Position numbers and translations under genes: made by a program
In this document: positions 31,743-47,543 of the stretch, piece by piece
Layout of the letters: each line of letters starts with the position of its first letter
Numbering within the stretch: the stretch's first letter is position 1
DNA from: the human T2T-CHM13v2.0 reference genome, Homo sapiens
Assembly: GCF_009914755.1 (NCBI RefSeq)
Contig: NC_060947.1
Length of the DNA: 64,000 nt
Direction: 5' to 3' (one strand)
Notes under the pieces: generated by a model
Told to the model about the DNA's origin: nothing
What the model saw: the letters and a program-made list of their open reading frames with translations, nothing else
Databases searched by the model: none

Positions 31743-32629
31743 TTAGAAGAGCAGTGACAATTGTGTCATTTGTGCAACCAATCTACCTCAGAATAGCAAG
31801 CTTAAAAATTGAAAGGTAGGTATCAGGTTAAGGAGAATTAAGGTACTCCTAGGCAATGAGGAATTGCATCAGGTTCTGGTTTTGTATTTGTGTGCGCATA
31901 TTTTTTTTTCTTTCACAGTGGCATCATGGAAAAATTAAAGATCGTAAAATAACTAGATCGAGAGCAACAAATTATATCAGAATTAGGATCTTATTTTTAG
32001 AAAGAAATCAACCTCTTCAAGCCTGCCTCAAAGTATGTAGTGAGATAATCTGTAATTTAAAATATTTTAAGAAGAGCTAATGTTTTATGAGGAAATATAA
32101 AAACACATTTTTAATCTCTATTTGAGCTAATCAAACTGGAAGTATTAATTTCATGAATGTCAGTTTGGGTACAAAGCAAAGTTTCATAGTTTGTGATTAT
32201 AACAACAAATGGCAAGGTAGAAAAGAGACCATCTTCTCAGGAAAATTACACTTTATTCTTGGAAAAAGAACAAAACTGACCTTTTCCTGCCTCCTGATGG
32301 CAAATAAATTGCAGAGATCAGCGTAAAGCATGACCCATCCTATTATCATCATAGTTTTTGCAGCCCATTTAACTTTTGTTTTCAATATGTGCTTGAATAA
32401 AAGCCCTAATTTTACTCAGGGAATCTTCCAGCCTTTTTTCAAATGCCACTTGAGTGGATGCAATAAGCACTGTTATAAGAGAACAAGAAATACAAAAAGT
32501 GGGATTATAATTCTGGTATTAATGCTGTGTGCTCTTGATTCTTCTGCACCCTAATTTCCTCAACCACTTAATTTTAAACTTTTCCTGCATAAAAGTTATA
32601 AGTACACATGAAATCACATTTAAAAAATA

Positions 32630-33150
32630 CCCCGTTCATTGTTGGGAGATTAGATTGACACAATATTTTTAGGGGGTAGTTTTGATGTCAAAAGCCTTAG
32701 AATTTTGCATACTTTTTAACCCAATGATTCTACTTTTAGGGATTTATTTTAAGGAAAATAAGTCACTTGCTTTAGCTGCAAGGATACTTATTTTTCTAAT
32801 TTTATGACAGCAAAAATATTGGAAACAACCAAATGACCTGAATTGGAGGTTTGGATAAGTAAATTACAGTGTTTCCATACATTAAAATGCTAAGCAGCAG
32901 TGAAAAATGATGAGGTGGAGAATTTTTATGAGTATATGCTGAATAGTTTTCATATCACTAAATGAAAATGCATATAACAAAATAATATGTTCAATATAAT
33001 TGTATTTTTGAATAAAGTATGTATATAAAAAGAATGAGAGAATATGTACTGAAATGTTATTAGTGGTGATCTATATTGGAGATAGAGTTGGGTTTTATTT
33101 TCTTATTTTTGTTTAACACTATTTTTATATGTATTACTTTTATATGAGAA
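32630..33150 (+). mobile_element. L1ME 3' end
   Basis: 'acccaatgattctacttttagggatttattttaaggaaa..ttggaaacaacc..ttggataagtaaatta'. Confidence 0.65.
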
Positions 33151-34212
33151 TTTTATTTTTTTTTCTTATAATAAAAGATTTATGGGATAAGATTTATAAA
33201 TATAGAACATTTTTGTGCTTACCCCTTGAATCAGGACAATATAATAATGAGAACTCAAATTTAAAACTCTGCATCTTTAAAAGGTTTTCCAGCTGACATC
33301 TTGTCACAGACAAAACACTTTTCTATTTATGTTTACAGCATTGAAAAATGCACAGTATCCTACAGTACAAGGAAGGAGATTTATAATAAAGTTCTTCATC
33401 TCAGTGTATGAGTATACCTGTAAATCATTCACAGACTCACATTAAGTATAAGCCTCAAAGTAGCAAATGTATCAAGCAAACAAATTGTGAGCATGTCTGC
33501 ACTATCTGCGTCTTTGTTTCTCTGTGTAAGCATGACCGTCTTGCTAAACTCTCATTCCACAGCCACCTAATTGTTCATTCAACACATATTTATTTCAGGG
33601 CTATATATTAACAGCTGTGTCTAGTACTATGATTCTGGAAAATTAGGCTGCCAATGGCTTCTTGGAATCAGAGTCCTTGCAGACACTCAACAATGCCTCC
33701 AGGATAATGCAGATTCTGCATGCAATATCAAAAGAGCAAAAAACATTTCCCCTGCCTTCAAGAAACTTGTTTTCTGAGCAAAAAAGGAAAAAAATACATG
33801 CATTAAATGAGTAGGAAAAAATGTCATTCATCTATTTGTTTAACAAGATATATTTTCAACTTACTGATGATGGGCAGCTTGTCAGATAAGAGTGAAGAAA
33901 ATATATGTTCCAATTTTAGAATATAATTCAGGGTCAGTTAATGCCAGATACTGTAATTTAGGGATGGGAGAGAGTAATCTTAGTCCCACAAAACTTACTT
34001 CAGTGATGGAAGGGACCGCACGAGTATCTTGTCCAAACAAAGCTAGCATGATTTTATAGAGCTGGAAATTAGACAGATGGGGAAGGCTTTCCTGTAGAAA
34101 TAGAGCTTAAAAGTGGAATTGAGATGATGGGTGGAATTTGCTAGAGAAGAATAACAGAGGAGTACTCTACCAGAGGAAGAAACAAGCAAAGGGACTGAAC
34201 TGGGTGAGAGTA

Positions 34213-34587
34213 TGCTATGGTCAGAATTTGTCCGCCAAAAACATGTGTTGGAAACTTAGTCCCCAAAGCAACAGTGTTGTGAGATGAGGCCTAATGAGAG
34301 GTGTTTAGGCTGTGAAGTCAGAGTGAATAAATTAATGACATTATCACAAGAGTGGGTTCATTGTCACAGGAGTGGATTTGCCCACTCTTGCGCTCTTTTT
34401 CTCCTTATGTTTGTCTTTTCACCATGTGATGCCTTCCACCATGATGCAGCAAGAAGGCCCTTTCAAGACGCTGGCACTTTGATCTTAGACTTACTAGCTT
34501 CCATAACTGTGAGAAATAAATATCTGTTTATTAGAAATTACCTAGTCTATGGTATTCTGTTACAGCCGTGCAAAACAGACTAAGACA
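34213..34587 (+). mobile_element. MaLR solo LTR (MSTB-like)
   Basis: 'tgctatggtcagaatttgtcc..gatgcagcaagaaggcc..ccataactgtgagaaataaa..aaacagactaagaca'. Confidence 0.85.
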
Positions 34588-35759
34588 GGGTGTGACTTAT
34601 AAGTGGGCCTAAGAGGTAAGAGAGAAAGCTGAGCACTTACCCAAGATCCAAGCACAGACAGAAAGATTCTCTACTGATTCATAACATACTGCAGGCATCA
34701 GAGAATGGAGCTCTTGAGACATTATTCTCTCTCAAAAGAGAGATAGCAAGTAGATAAACAGTCCCAAATGGTTGTTCACCTTTATTCCTTAAAGAAAAAA
34801 AATAAGGGTTACACATAAAATGAACAATTATAAACAATCTGTAGACTGGAAAAAAAAGTCCTGTAGATTTTCCAGCTATGTAGGTGTTTCTAAGATCATG
34901 TTTTTGAAGCAAGAATAAAAGCAATGGATATAAATTCTACTTTTACCACTTACCGTAACACTAAGTCCTTTTGGAGTTCTCAAATCTTAGGACCATTCTT
35001 TATTTTATAATGGAAGGATCATATTTCCACTTCTGGGCAGGATAGAGTAAGAGGGACTAGATTTATATTCCCACCTGAAACAACCACAGAAACAAAACAA
35101 AATATGTGAAACAACTACGTTCAAGTAACTGGAAATCAGACCGCGAAAGATAGCGAGTCTTGAGAGATGGAAACAAATGAAGTAAAACTTTTGATTGCCA
35201 CAACTTACCATTTTGAGAGGGTTTACATGCTGTGGTGCAGAAAGGGGAACCTAGACAAAGCCTGATGGTCTCACTGAGTGGAGACAGAGCTGAATGTCTG
35301 GGGAAATCAAGGCAACTAGAGATAGCTGGGCAGAGTACCAGAGAGGAGAAAGGTGCATAGAGAGAGGGACCTGAAGATTTTCAGAGCATTCTGCTCAAGT
35401 GCTTAGTACAGTATTGATCAAAGCACATGTATAGATAAAACACCTGAGGCTGGGGAAATACCCATAGATAGACAGAATTACAGATAGCAGTCTGGCATTC
35501 ACGCTGAGCCAAGAATAGTGTGTTATCACCAACCAGGCTGAAAAAGTCACAACTTGTGGGGCACTGGGTAGAGTACTCAGGAAGTTCTTGCCTCAGTAGT
35601 GGGGAATAATTAGCTCTGATAGAACACCACACCAGACTTATCTAACAAATCTTAAAAGTGCTACCTGAAAAGACTGAACTGTTTCCAAATAACCTAATTG
35701 TATCCCTGAATAAAGCTTAAGAACACATAGGAATAGAAAAATATCCAGAACGCTAAAGA

Positions 35760-36135
35760 GCATGTGGTACATACACACCATGGAATACTGTGCAGCCATA
35801 AAAAAGAATGAGATCATGTCCTTTGCATGGACATGGATGGAGCTGTGGGCCATTATACTTAGCAAACTAATGCAGGAACAGAAAAACCAAATACCACATG
35901 TTCTTACTTATAAGTGGGAGCTAAATGGTAAGAACACATAGACACATTGTGGGGAACAACACACACTGGGCCTGTTGGAGTGTGGAGGGTAGGAGGAGAG
36001 AGGGGATCAGGAAAAATAACTAATGAGTACTAGGCTTAACACCTGGATGATGAAATAATCTGTACAACAAATCCCCATGACACGTTTACCTATGTAACAA
36101 ACCTGCACTTGTACCCCTGAACTTAAAATAAAAAT
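35760..36135 (+). mobile_element. L1PA 3' fragment (about L1PA13-16)
   Basis: 'atggaatactgtgcagccataaaaaagaatgagatcatgtcctttgca..aacctgcacttgtacccctgaacttaaaataaaa'. Confidence 0.85.
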
Positions 36136-37953
36136 TTTTTAAAAATCCAAAACCCAGTAAAATAAAGCTTATTATAACTGGCATCAAATCAAAGAAAAAA
36201 AAAAGCATGAAAGAAAGCAGGAAAAAACATTCAGAATGAGGACAATCAATTGATCAAATCTAACCCAGACCTGACACAGATGTTAGAATCAGCAGATAAG
36301 TACTCTAAAATAGTTACTATTACTGTATTCTACATGTTCCAAATGTTAAGTAGAAACATAGAAGATATAAATAATGCATGAGAAAACATAGAAAGTGCCA
36401 TGAAAATTATGATGTCTGAGATGAAATACATACACTGAATGAAATTATCAGAAGATTAGAAATGGCATAAGTAAAAATTAGTGAACTTTAGAACATAGCA
36501 ACAGAAACTGTCCAAAATGTAAAGCATAGAGAAAAAAGATTCAAGAAAAAAAAGGAAAGGAAAGGAAAGGAAGAGAGGAAGAGAGATTCAGTGAGCTGTG
36601 GGATAACTTCAAGCAACATAAGAGATATGTAACTGGAGTCCCTAAAAGAGAAGAAAGGAGAGAACAGGAAAACTTTTTGAAGAAATAATAGGTATAAGTT
36701 TTCCAAATTTAATGAAAACTATAAACGCAGAGATTCAAGAAGCTCAAAGAACCCCAAACACAAAAAAAAGGTAAGGAAACTATTCCCAGGTGCATCATAA
36801 TCAAATTAGTCAAACCCATTAATAAAGCGAAAAATTGTAAAGCACCCCCCAAAAATAAGATATATACAGAGAAATAAAGATCCAAATGACATCACATTTC
36901 TTGTCAGAAGCAATGCAAACTTGAAGACAGTGGAGCAACTTCTTTAAAGTACTGGAAAATAGTAAACTGTCAACCTCTAATTCTATATTTGGTCAAAACT
37001 AACTTTCAAAAATGAAGGCAAAGAAAGGCTTTTTCTGAATTAATATTAAAAGAATTCATCAACATTGGACCCACAATGTAAGAAATCTTAAAGTCCTTCA
37101 AGCAGAAAAAAAAAATGATACTAGAAGGAAATATGTATCTATGCAAAGGAATGCAGAGCACTAGACATGGTAATGTGGTAACTACCTGGGTAAATTTATA
37201 AAAATTTTGTTCATAATTTAAATATATTGAAAAGATAATTGATTATTTAAACAACAAAACCAACCAACAAACAAACTGAATGTATTATGGAGTTTATAAC
37301 ATATGTATAAGTAAAATGTATGACAACCATAACATAAAAGATGAGAGGAGAAAAATGGAACCACACTATTGCAAAGTTTTCATCCTATATATGAAATGAT
37401 ATAGTATCACTTGAAGGTAGACTGTGATAAGTTAAAGATGCATAGTATAAACACTAATGCAATCATAAAACAATAAAATAAAATTATAGCTAATAAATCA
37501 ACAAAGGACATAAAATAAAATGTAAAAATAATAAAAAGAGGGAAGAAAAAGAGGGAAAAAGGGAACAAAAAGCAGATGGGACAAATAGGAAACAAATAGC
37601 AAGATGGTAGATGCAAACCAAGGAATGTCAACAATCACATTAAATGTAAATGCTCTAAAGATCCCAGTAAAAGGCAGATTGTCAGATTGTAAAAAGAGAA
37701 CAAGACCCACTTGTACACCACCACCAAGAAACACAATTTAAATATCATGATACGAATCAGTTAAAAGGAAAAGGATAATGAAAGAACTTTATGCTAACAC
37801 ATTAGTCAAAAGAAAGCTTTAATGGCTGTATGATAATAAAGTTGATTTTAGGGCAAAGAATATTACCAGGGATAGAGAAGATCATTTCATAATGAAAACA
37901 GTGTTCATGCATCAGGAGAAAATATTGATCCTAAAAGTTCATTAACCCAATAA

Positions 37954-38272
<319 letters not shown>

Positions 38273-38579
38273 AAGAGTTTTAAAGTTCATGAAGTAAAAA
38301 CTGATATAGCTGTAAGGAGAAATAGACAAATATACAATTATAATTGAGGATTTTAATAGTTCTCTCTTAATAATTGATAGAACAAGTAGACAGAAAGGCA
38401 GCATGAATATAGAAGACTTGAACAACACTATCAAACAACTTTACCTGACTGACATTTATAGAACAACCCACTCAATAAGAACATCAAAAAACCTCTCTTT
38501 CAAGTAAACAAGAAACATTTATCAGCTGGACCATATTCAGGGATATAATACAAGTATCAATACATTTAAAAGTATTATA

Positions 38580-38919
<340 letters not shown>

Positions 38920-40100
38920 TCATACAAATTAAGTTCTCTAATGAAAATAGAATTAAATTAAAAATCAATAACAAAAAGATATTTGTAAAATCTCCAAATA
39001 TTTGAAAACTAAATAATGTAACACACTCCTAAATAACACATGGATTAAATAAGAAATAAAAAGAGAAATTTTGAGATATTTTATACTAGATGAAAATGAA
39101 AACATAACATAGAATTTATGGGCCGCTGCCAAAGCAGTACTTAGGGAGAAATTTATAGCATGAAATTCATATATTGGAAAAGAAGGTCTCAAATCAATGA
39201 CCTCAGCTTCCATTGCATAAAAAAAAAAAAGAGCAAAATAAGCATAAGAAAGGAGAAAATAAAGATCAAAATTTATATCGACTAAAAAGAAAACAGAAAC
39301 AGAAAAGAAAATCAATAAAATCAAGAGTTCAGGAAAAAGAGAGACACGATACAAATTACCAACATCAGCAATGAGAAAGGTGATATTACAGATCCTGTAT
39401 ATATTACAAAGGGAAGAAGGGAATATTATGAATAACTCTATACTAATAATGTCAACTTAGATGAAATGGAAATATTTATTGAAAGACACAAACCACAAAA
39501 ACTTACTCAAGAAGACATAGAGAACCTGAATAGGATTAACTATTAAGAAAATTGAATTTGGAACTTAATACCTTCCCGTGAAGAGAACTCCTGGCCTAGA
39601 TGGCTTCACTGATAAATTCTGCCAAATACACAAGAAAGAAATAGTACTAATTTTATACAACTCTTCACAGAAATTGAAGAGGAAGGACTACTTTCAAACT
39701 GGTTCTATGAGGCCAATATTACGCTCACCCCAGAGCCAAACACTACAAGAAAAGAAAACTACAGACCAATATCTCTCATATTGCATTAACATAAATACAA
39801 AAATTATTAGCCAAATTTTACTAACAATATATAAAGAGGACAATGCATTATGACAAAGTGAAGTTTATCCCAGGAATTCAGTTTTGGTTTAACGTTTGAA
39901 AATGCGAACAAACTTACGAACTTCACCATATAAACAAACTAAAAACTAAAGGAAACCACATGATCATTTCCATAGAAATAAAATTCACTCGACATAAGTC
40001 AACACATGTTTCTGATAAAAAAATAAATAAAAGTAAAAAACTCTTAGGAAACTAGAAATATAAGGGGACTTCCTCAACTTGATAAAGGGAATTGTGGTAG

Positions 40101-40500
<400 letters not shown>

Positions 40501-40934
40501 TGATAGAATTCTGCAAAGTGATGGGGTGTCACTTCTGAGATTAGCTTGCAAAACGAGTGTGGCTTCTATCTTGCTTGCTGTCACTTGATCTGAGGAAAGC
40601 CAGCGGCCAAGGTATGACTTCCCTATGGACAGCACCATGTGGCAAAAAACCGAGAGTCCCCTGGCCAACAGCCAGTGAGAAACTGACACCCACAATCAGA
40701 CAGCCTGTGAGAAAATGAATCCTGCCAACAACCACATGAGTGAGCTTGGAAGCAAATCTGCCCTGAACTCAGACTTCAGATGAAACAAAAGCCACAGCTA
40801 AGACCTTGATTACAGCCTTGTGAGAGACTCTGAGGCAGAGGCACCCAGCTAAGCCATGTCTTAGCTGGGATTCCTGACCTACATAAACTGTGAGATAATA
40901 AAAGTTTGTTAAGTTGCTATGGGTTTGGTTTGTT

Positions 40935-41253
40935 TGTTTTTTAATTAACTTATTTATTTTTTATTTTTGTTTAGATATAAGACCTCACTCTGTCACTCAG
41001 GCTGTAGTACAGTGGCATGATCCAGGCTCACTACAGCCTCAAACTCCTGGGTTCAAGTGATCCTCCCATCTCAGCCTCCCAAGTAGCTGGGACTATAGGC
41101 GCATGCCAACACACTTGGCTAATTTTAGAATTTTTGGTAGAGACAGTCTTAACATGTTGCCTTGGCAGGTCTCAAACTCCTGGCCCCAAGCAATCCTCCT
41201 GCCTTGGCCTCCCAAAGCACTGGGATTACAGGTGTGAGCCATTACTCCCAGCC
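40935..41253 (-). mobile_element. AluJ (Jo/Jr-like)
   Basis: J-type 'ctcactacagcctcaaactcctgggttcaagtgatcctccc'. Confidence 0.88.
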
Positions 41254-41652
41254 TAAATTGTTCCTTTAAGGTAATTTGTTATGCAGCAATGGAAAATGAA
41301 TATAGGCATAGCACGTGCAAAAAAAAACTACCACTAACATCATACTTAATAGTGAAAGACTACATGATTTCCCCCTAAGATCAGTAACAAGAAAAAAAAT
41401 TTGCTCTCACACCTTCTATTCAACATTGAGTTAGAGTTCTAGCCAGTATAATCAAACAAAGAAAATTAATAAATGTCATCTAGCTTGGAACGGAAGAAAT
41501 AAAACACTTTTTGTTCTTAAACAACGTGATAATCTGTGTAGAAAATCCTATTGCAGCTACAGAAAAAAAGCTACTAAAACTAAAACCCAAGTTTAGCAAC
41601 TAAGTTTCAGGATACAAGTTCAATATACAAAAGTCATTGGTATTTCTATATA

Positions 41653-42004
41653 TAGATGGTCCCTGACTTATGATGGTTTGACTTACAATTTTTTACCTTT
41701 AGGATGGTGTGAAAACAATCTGCATTTAGTAGAAAACAGTATGATAGTCTACCACAATGCTGGGCAGTGGCAGCGAAACACAAATCCCAGTCTTCCGTGC
41801 AAGAGTGAGGGTAAACACCCAATGTTCTAAAGTGTACTGTGTTGCCAAATGATTTTGCCCAACTATATAATGTAAGTGTTCTGAGCATGTTTAAGGTAGG
41901 CTAGGCTAGGCTATGATGTTCGGTAGGTTATGTGCAGTAAATGCATTTTCAATTTATAATGAGTTTATTGGGACATACACACACTGTAGATTGAGGAGAA
42001 TCTG
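41653..42004 (-). mobile_element. MER47-like Tigger (TcMar) MITE
   Basis: TIR-like ends 'tagatggtccctgacttatgatgg' / 'gaggagaatctg', TA on both flanks, internal 'tttaaggtaggctaggctaggctatgatgttcggtagg'. Confidence 0.8.
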
Positions 42005-45000
42005 TACTAGCAACCATGAGAAATTGAAGTTCAATAAACAATAACCTTTATAATAGCATCAAAAATACAAAACAGATAAATCTGGAAAAAGATGTGAAAG
42101 ACTTGTACACCAAAGATTACAAAACATTGCTGAGAGAAATTAAGCAAGAGACTTGGTATCATTGAGATATGAATTATCCTTAAATTGATCTATAGATTTA
42201 ACATAATTGTAATCAAAGTCTCAGCAGGCCTTTTTAAATAGAAAATGAAAATTAGATTCTAAAATTTATAAGAAAATGCAAGAGACCTCAAATGGCCAAA
42301 ACAACTTTGAAGAGCAACGATTTTGGACGAATTATAGTACCCGATTTCAAAATTTATTATAAAACTGTAGTAATCAAGAGAGTAAGAGATTAACATCAAG
42401 ACAGACAAATAGATCAATGAAATAAAAAAGAGTTCAAAAATAGACTCATACATATATAGACACCTGATTTTCAACAAACGTGCAATGGCAATTCAATGCA
42501 GAAAGATAGCATTTTGACAAATAGTGCTGAAACAATTGGATAGCCTTATGCAAAAAGAAAAAAACTTTGGTCCATAATACCTCATACCATATACAGAAAT
42601 TAATTCAATATTTATCCTAAACCTAAATGTAAAAACTAAAACTTCAAAACTTCTAGAAGAAAATCTTTGTGACCTTGGATTAGGCAACGATTTCTTATAT
42701 ACCATATCAATACCATGATCCATTAAAAAATTGATGAACTGGACCTCAGCAAAGTTAAAAACATTTGCTCTTCAAAAGACACTCCTAAGAGAATAAAAAG
42801 AGAAACCACAGACTGGGAGAAAATATATACAAAGCATATGTCTGACACAATACTTGTACTCAGAATATATAAAGAACTCTCAAAATTCAATAATAAGAAA
42901 ACAAATGACCAATTAAAAAATGGGCAAAATATTTTGACAGACACTTCACCAAATATATACTGATGACGAATAAGCACACAAAAAGATGCTCAATATAATT
43001 AGCCATTAAGAGAATGCAAATTAAAACCACAATTAGATACCACTACACATCCATTAATTTAAATTGAAAGTACAAAGACTGATGACCAGACCAAGATTTG
43101 GTGAGAATGAATAGGAACTGAAACTTTCATAGCCTGCTGCTGAGAATGTAAAATAACGTATAATAATAATATGTTATAATAATATAAATGTTAAACATAT
43201 ACCTATCATTTGATCTAGCTGTTTTCATGTGTATTTACCCAAGAGAAAATAAAGCACATGTTCATACAAAGACTTGTAAGAATGCTCATAGCAACTTTAT
43301 TTGTAACAGCTCAAAACTGGAAGCAACTCAGATTTCCATCAACAGATGAATATGTCAACATCGTGAGATTTCCATACAATGGAATGCTACTCAACAATGA
43401 AAATGAATGAACTGTGATACATGCAGCTGTATGGATGAAACTCAAAATAATTATGCTGAGTGAAAACACACAGACTTTCTCCATCCAAAAAAAGAGTACA
43501 TAGTGTTTGATCTTATTAATCTAAAATTCTAGAAAATGCCAACTAATCTATCTAAACAAATTATCTAAACAAACTAAACTAATCTATGGCAGAGAGTAGA
43601 TCAGTGGTTGCTTGGGAAAGGGCACAAGGAAACTCCCGGGGGTGATGTATATTGTGCTAATGATTTCACAGCTGTATACATATGTTAAAACTTATCAAAT
43701 TATTTTAAATATATGCAGCTTATTCCAATTATGTCTCCACAAAACTATTGGAAATGGAAGACAAAAAAAACCCTGTAATGATTATAACTCTTACGTGAAA
43801 AGACTATTACAATGATGAAATTAAATACTGTATACTCAATGACTTTGGAAATAAACTGTACAATGTGAGCTGCTGTTATTTTCTGTGCATATTCTTTATC
43901 AATTTAAAGTGTTGATGATAAAGTTTACTTATACAAATTTTCACAAGACTTTTCTTGCTGTGTGAGGAGTATGCCTGCAATGATTATACCACGTATGGTA
44001 ATTTTAGTTCTTTTAAGCCTAGTTTGGCATAAATCAGCATTCATTTGCCAGAACATGACATGTATTAAATCTTTCTTCCTCCCTATCTTTTTGTCTTTCA
44101 ATCTTGACCCTGATTACCTTCCAGATGCTCTATGAGGATAGCTGGGAGCATTATTAGGTTCATCATTTATTCAGCATATATAACCAGCTATTTAAAAATT
44201 TACTGCAGAGATGCATATCATCATTGAAGTTAAAATAAAACACACTAAGTATAAGCTCCATTTTTCAAAGGGCTTATCCAATAAGTCAAACCAGAGAAAG
44301 TAGAAAGCCTGGTTTCTAACTGCAAAATCAGGAAAAATATCTGTGCCTTGTCCAATCAAATATTTGAGGCCAAGCAAACTCCTTGGGAAAGCTTAATTCT
44401 TTTTATAAAGCAATTTATGAGTTTAGGGCTAAAATGTTTTAGGAGCCTCATTGCTAAGCCAGAGGAATCAATATTTTTCTGTTAACAGGCAAGCTGTCAC
44501 ATAAACAAATCAGCTGAAAACCTCCATTTAGCAACTCAGGAAAAATGCCTGCTCCAGAGGCACACCAAAGCCAGTTCTTTGCTCTATTTTGGTCTCCTAA
44601 GCTGGGCCAGCAAAAACCTCACCAGTTTCTGTTCTAGTGAGTATACGTATCACTGTTCTACATCTATTTAAAAGATTCTAATTAATTTTGCTAAATAAAG
44701 TGTTTTAATTTATTGATTCAAGAACAAAGATTTTCTCTGTTATTTGGGAAAGGGGAGTTTAAGGCCTTATGTTAGTTCCATTTATTATGTCCTTTCTTCT
44801 TCTGGAGTTACGAATGTGATAGATCATAAAATCTCCTGGCAAGGCTGAGCTCATAACTTTTAAGATTTGGAGAGGAAAAGAAAGACCCCATGACTAAGAC
44901 AACTACTTTTCTTAGGGCTTCCCATTTGCAGGGGTATTTCACTGTCCATGTACTTCACTGTCCATGTTATTATTACTTTTTGCCTTTCTGAATCCTAAAA

Positions 45001-45429
45001 TAAAAGAAGTGCTTACAATCATTTAATGGAAATAGGAGTGAATGCTGTTAAGATGTGCTACGTGGTGCTGAGCAAATCTTTGACTTATCATCATGCTATG
45101 CTAAGACCTTCTCCCAGTTTGAATAAAGTGAATAGTCATTCATTTAAGCAACACCAAGTCAGCCAATTCTAGGCACCAAGAATTGTGCTAGGTGCTAAGG
45201 ATCAAACAACCTTTAAGATGTTGTTCTTTCTTTGAAAGGAAATGATATGTGAATGTAACATATTTCATGTGTGAGCTGAGGTATAAAATGTGATACACAT
45301 ACATCCTTTTTGGAAACCATTTACTGCATAAAGCAAGATATTCCTCTGTGTGTGTATTCATGTGTATGACAGGTGTGTGTCTTTCGGCTTTTTGTTATAG
45401 CACAATACTGATAAGGAATGTGTCAGGTA

Positions 45430-45614
45430 GCATTTACCAAAGTTGGTCATGTACCACCTCCATCAGAATCACATGGAAGTGCTTGGGGAAAAAAATGGTC
45501 TTGGGCTCCACTCCAGTTCTAATTATCAGAATCTGGGAGGTAGGACCTGGGAATCTGAATATTAATTCAGTTCCTAGGTAACTTGGTACACATCAAGTTT
45601 TAAAAAATGCTGCT
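45430..45614. mobile_element. MER5-family MITE
   Basis: 'catcagaatcacatgga..gggctccactccag..tcagaatct..ggacctgggaatctg'. Confidence 0.65.
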
Positions 45615-45616
45615 GG

Positions 45617-46565
45617 AATGGGAGAAAATGTTCTCAAATTAGGCATCCGACAAAGGCCTAATATCCAGAACCTATAAGGAGCTTAAGCAAATTAACACAA
45701 AAAAACTAAGAACCCCATTAAAAAGCAGGCAAAGGACATGAACAGACACTTCAAAAGAATACATACATGTGGCCAAAAAGTATATGAAAAAATGCTCAGC
45801 ATCACTAATCATTACATAACTGCAAATCAAAATCACAATGAGATACCATCTCACACGAGTTAGAATAGCTACTATTAAAAAGTCAAAAAATAACAGATGC
45901 TGGTGAGGTTACAAAGAGGAAACTCATACACTGCTGGCAGGAATGTAAATTAGTTCAGCCATTATGGAAAGCAGTTTGGCAATTTCTGAAAGAACTTAAA
46001 ATATAACTGCCATTCTACCCTGCAATCCCATTATTGTGTGTATACCCAAAGGAATATAAATCATTCTACCATAAAGACATGTGCACTATTCATAATAGCA
46101 AACACATGGAATCAAGTAAATGTCCTTCTACGGTAGACTGGATAAAGAAAATGTGGCACATATACACCATGGAATACTATAACTCCATAAAAAAGAACAA
46201 GATCATGTCCTTTGCAGCAACATGGATGGAGCTGGAGGCCATTATATTAAGCGAACTAACACACCAACACAAAACCAAATACTTCATGTTCTCACTTACA
46301 AGTGGGAGCTACACATTGAGTACACATGGACGCAAAGGAAGAAACAATAGACACCAGGGCCTACTTGAGGGTGGAGGGTGGGTGAAGGGTGAAGATCGAA
46401 AAACTACCTATCAGGTACTATGCTTATTACCTGGGTGACTAAGTAATCTGTACACCAAACCCTCACGACATGCAATTTGCCTATATAACAAAACTGCACA
46501 TGTACCCCTGAATCTAAAATAAATATTAAAAGTAAATAAATTAAAAATAAATAACAATTTTAAAA
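45617..46565 (+). mobile_element. L1PA16-like 3' fragment
   Basis: ORF2 C-terminus (KCPSTVDWIKKMWHIYTMEYY), 3' UTR 'cctacttgagggtggagggtggg..aaaactacctatcaggtactatgc', A-rich tail. Confidence 0.88.
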
Positions 46566-47437
46566 TAACCATTTTAAGAAGTGCTGTATGAACAAGTTAC
46601 AAGAATGATATCAATTTTTAAAATGTGAAGGTGGCCTCTTGGATATAATGAGAGAAAAGTACAGATGGTCTCCCACAACTCCTGAAAAAGGCATACAAGC
46701 TTCGTTGTGTCCATGGTGGCTCAGGGTCACTACCTCTGAAATAGCAGTGTTATCTTCCCAGGGAGGAAAATAAATGTTTGCTAGGGGAAAGTTTGACCAG
46801 CAGAGACAGGCAGTGGGAAGAAAAGGCTAAGTACTCAGGAAATTAGTGCTTGGTTCTCACTCTGCTTCTACTGCCCACTGGTTTTGTGAGATCAGAAGAA
46901 TCATTTCTCTGATTGTTACTTTTATTTTTTTAACGGAAGGCAAAAATTACATAAATACACTTTTGCCACATATAATATAAATCAGTGCCTTCCCTGCCTA
47001 CCTGTTTAGGTCACTGTGAGGTGCCAAGGAAATAAGACATGGCAGTCACTTGAAAAGAATAAAGGGTTTAACAAATGCAAAGTATTCAGCTTATTCTCCC
47101 GTTACCATTTCTCCTTCTGAGAGTATCCGAAAGCAAAGTAATGTCCTTTCTATTTGGCTCATAAGTGGGAGATCTAGCTGGCTTTCCTTTACCTCTAACT
47201 TTCAAAGACTAAGTAATAGCTGCCCCTACTGTCCCTTCTCCTCAGTCCTGAAGCAACCACTGGAATTCAGAGGAGAGACCATTGTGGTAGGATTCTTGGA
47301 GCAAAGGCCACATGAGAGGCCCACTGTCTATGCCTTCCTCAACATTTAATTTCTCTTTTAATAGACGAAATCTGTGAGCTCCGAACCATTGGGATTATTA
47401 TCCAATGTTTATACTGAGCATAAGAAACCTGTAACTC

Positions 47438-47451
47438 GTTGCCATGGCAAC
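47438..47451. promoter_or_regulatory. RFX X-box, perfect palindrome GTTGCCATGGCAAC
   Basis: Exact canonical RFX motif in non-repeat sequence. Binding is not shown. Confidence 0.6.
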
Positions 47452-47543
47452 AAGATTTCCTGTGTAATTTTTTTTCAAATTGGACTTCCTTAAATGAAAA
47501 CATCTACAGCACTGCTGCTCTTTGTCACAAAACGGAGGGGCAC

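Noticed and set aside
45052-45072. REST/NRSE-like CGTGGTGCTGAG
   Set aside because: Only one half-site is present. The GGACAG half is missing at canonical spacing.
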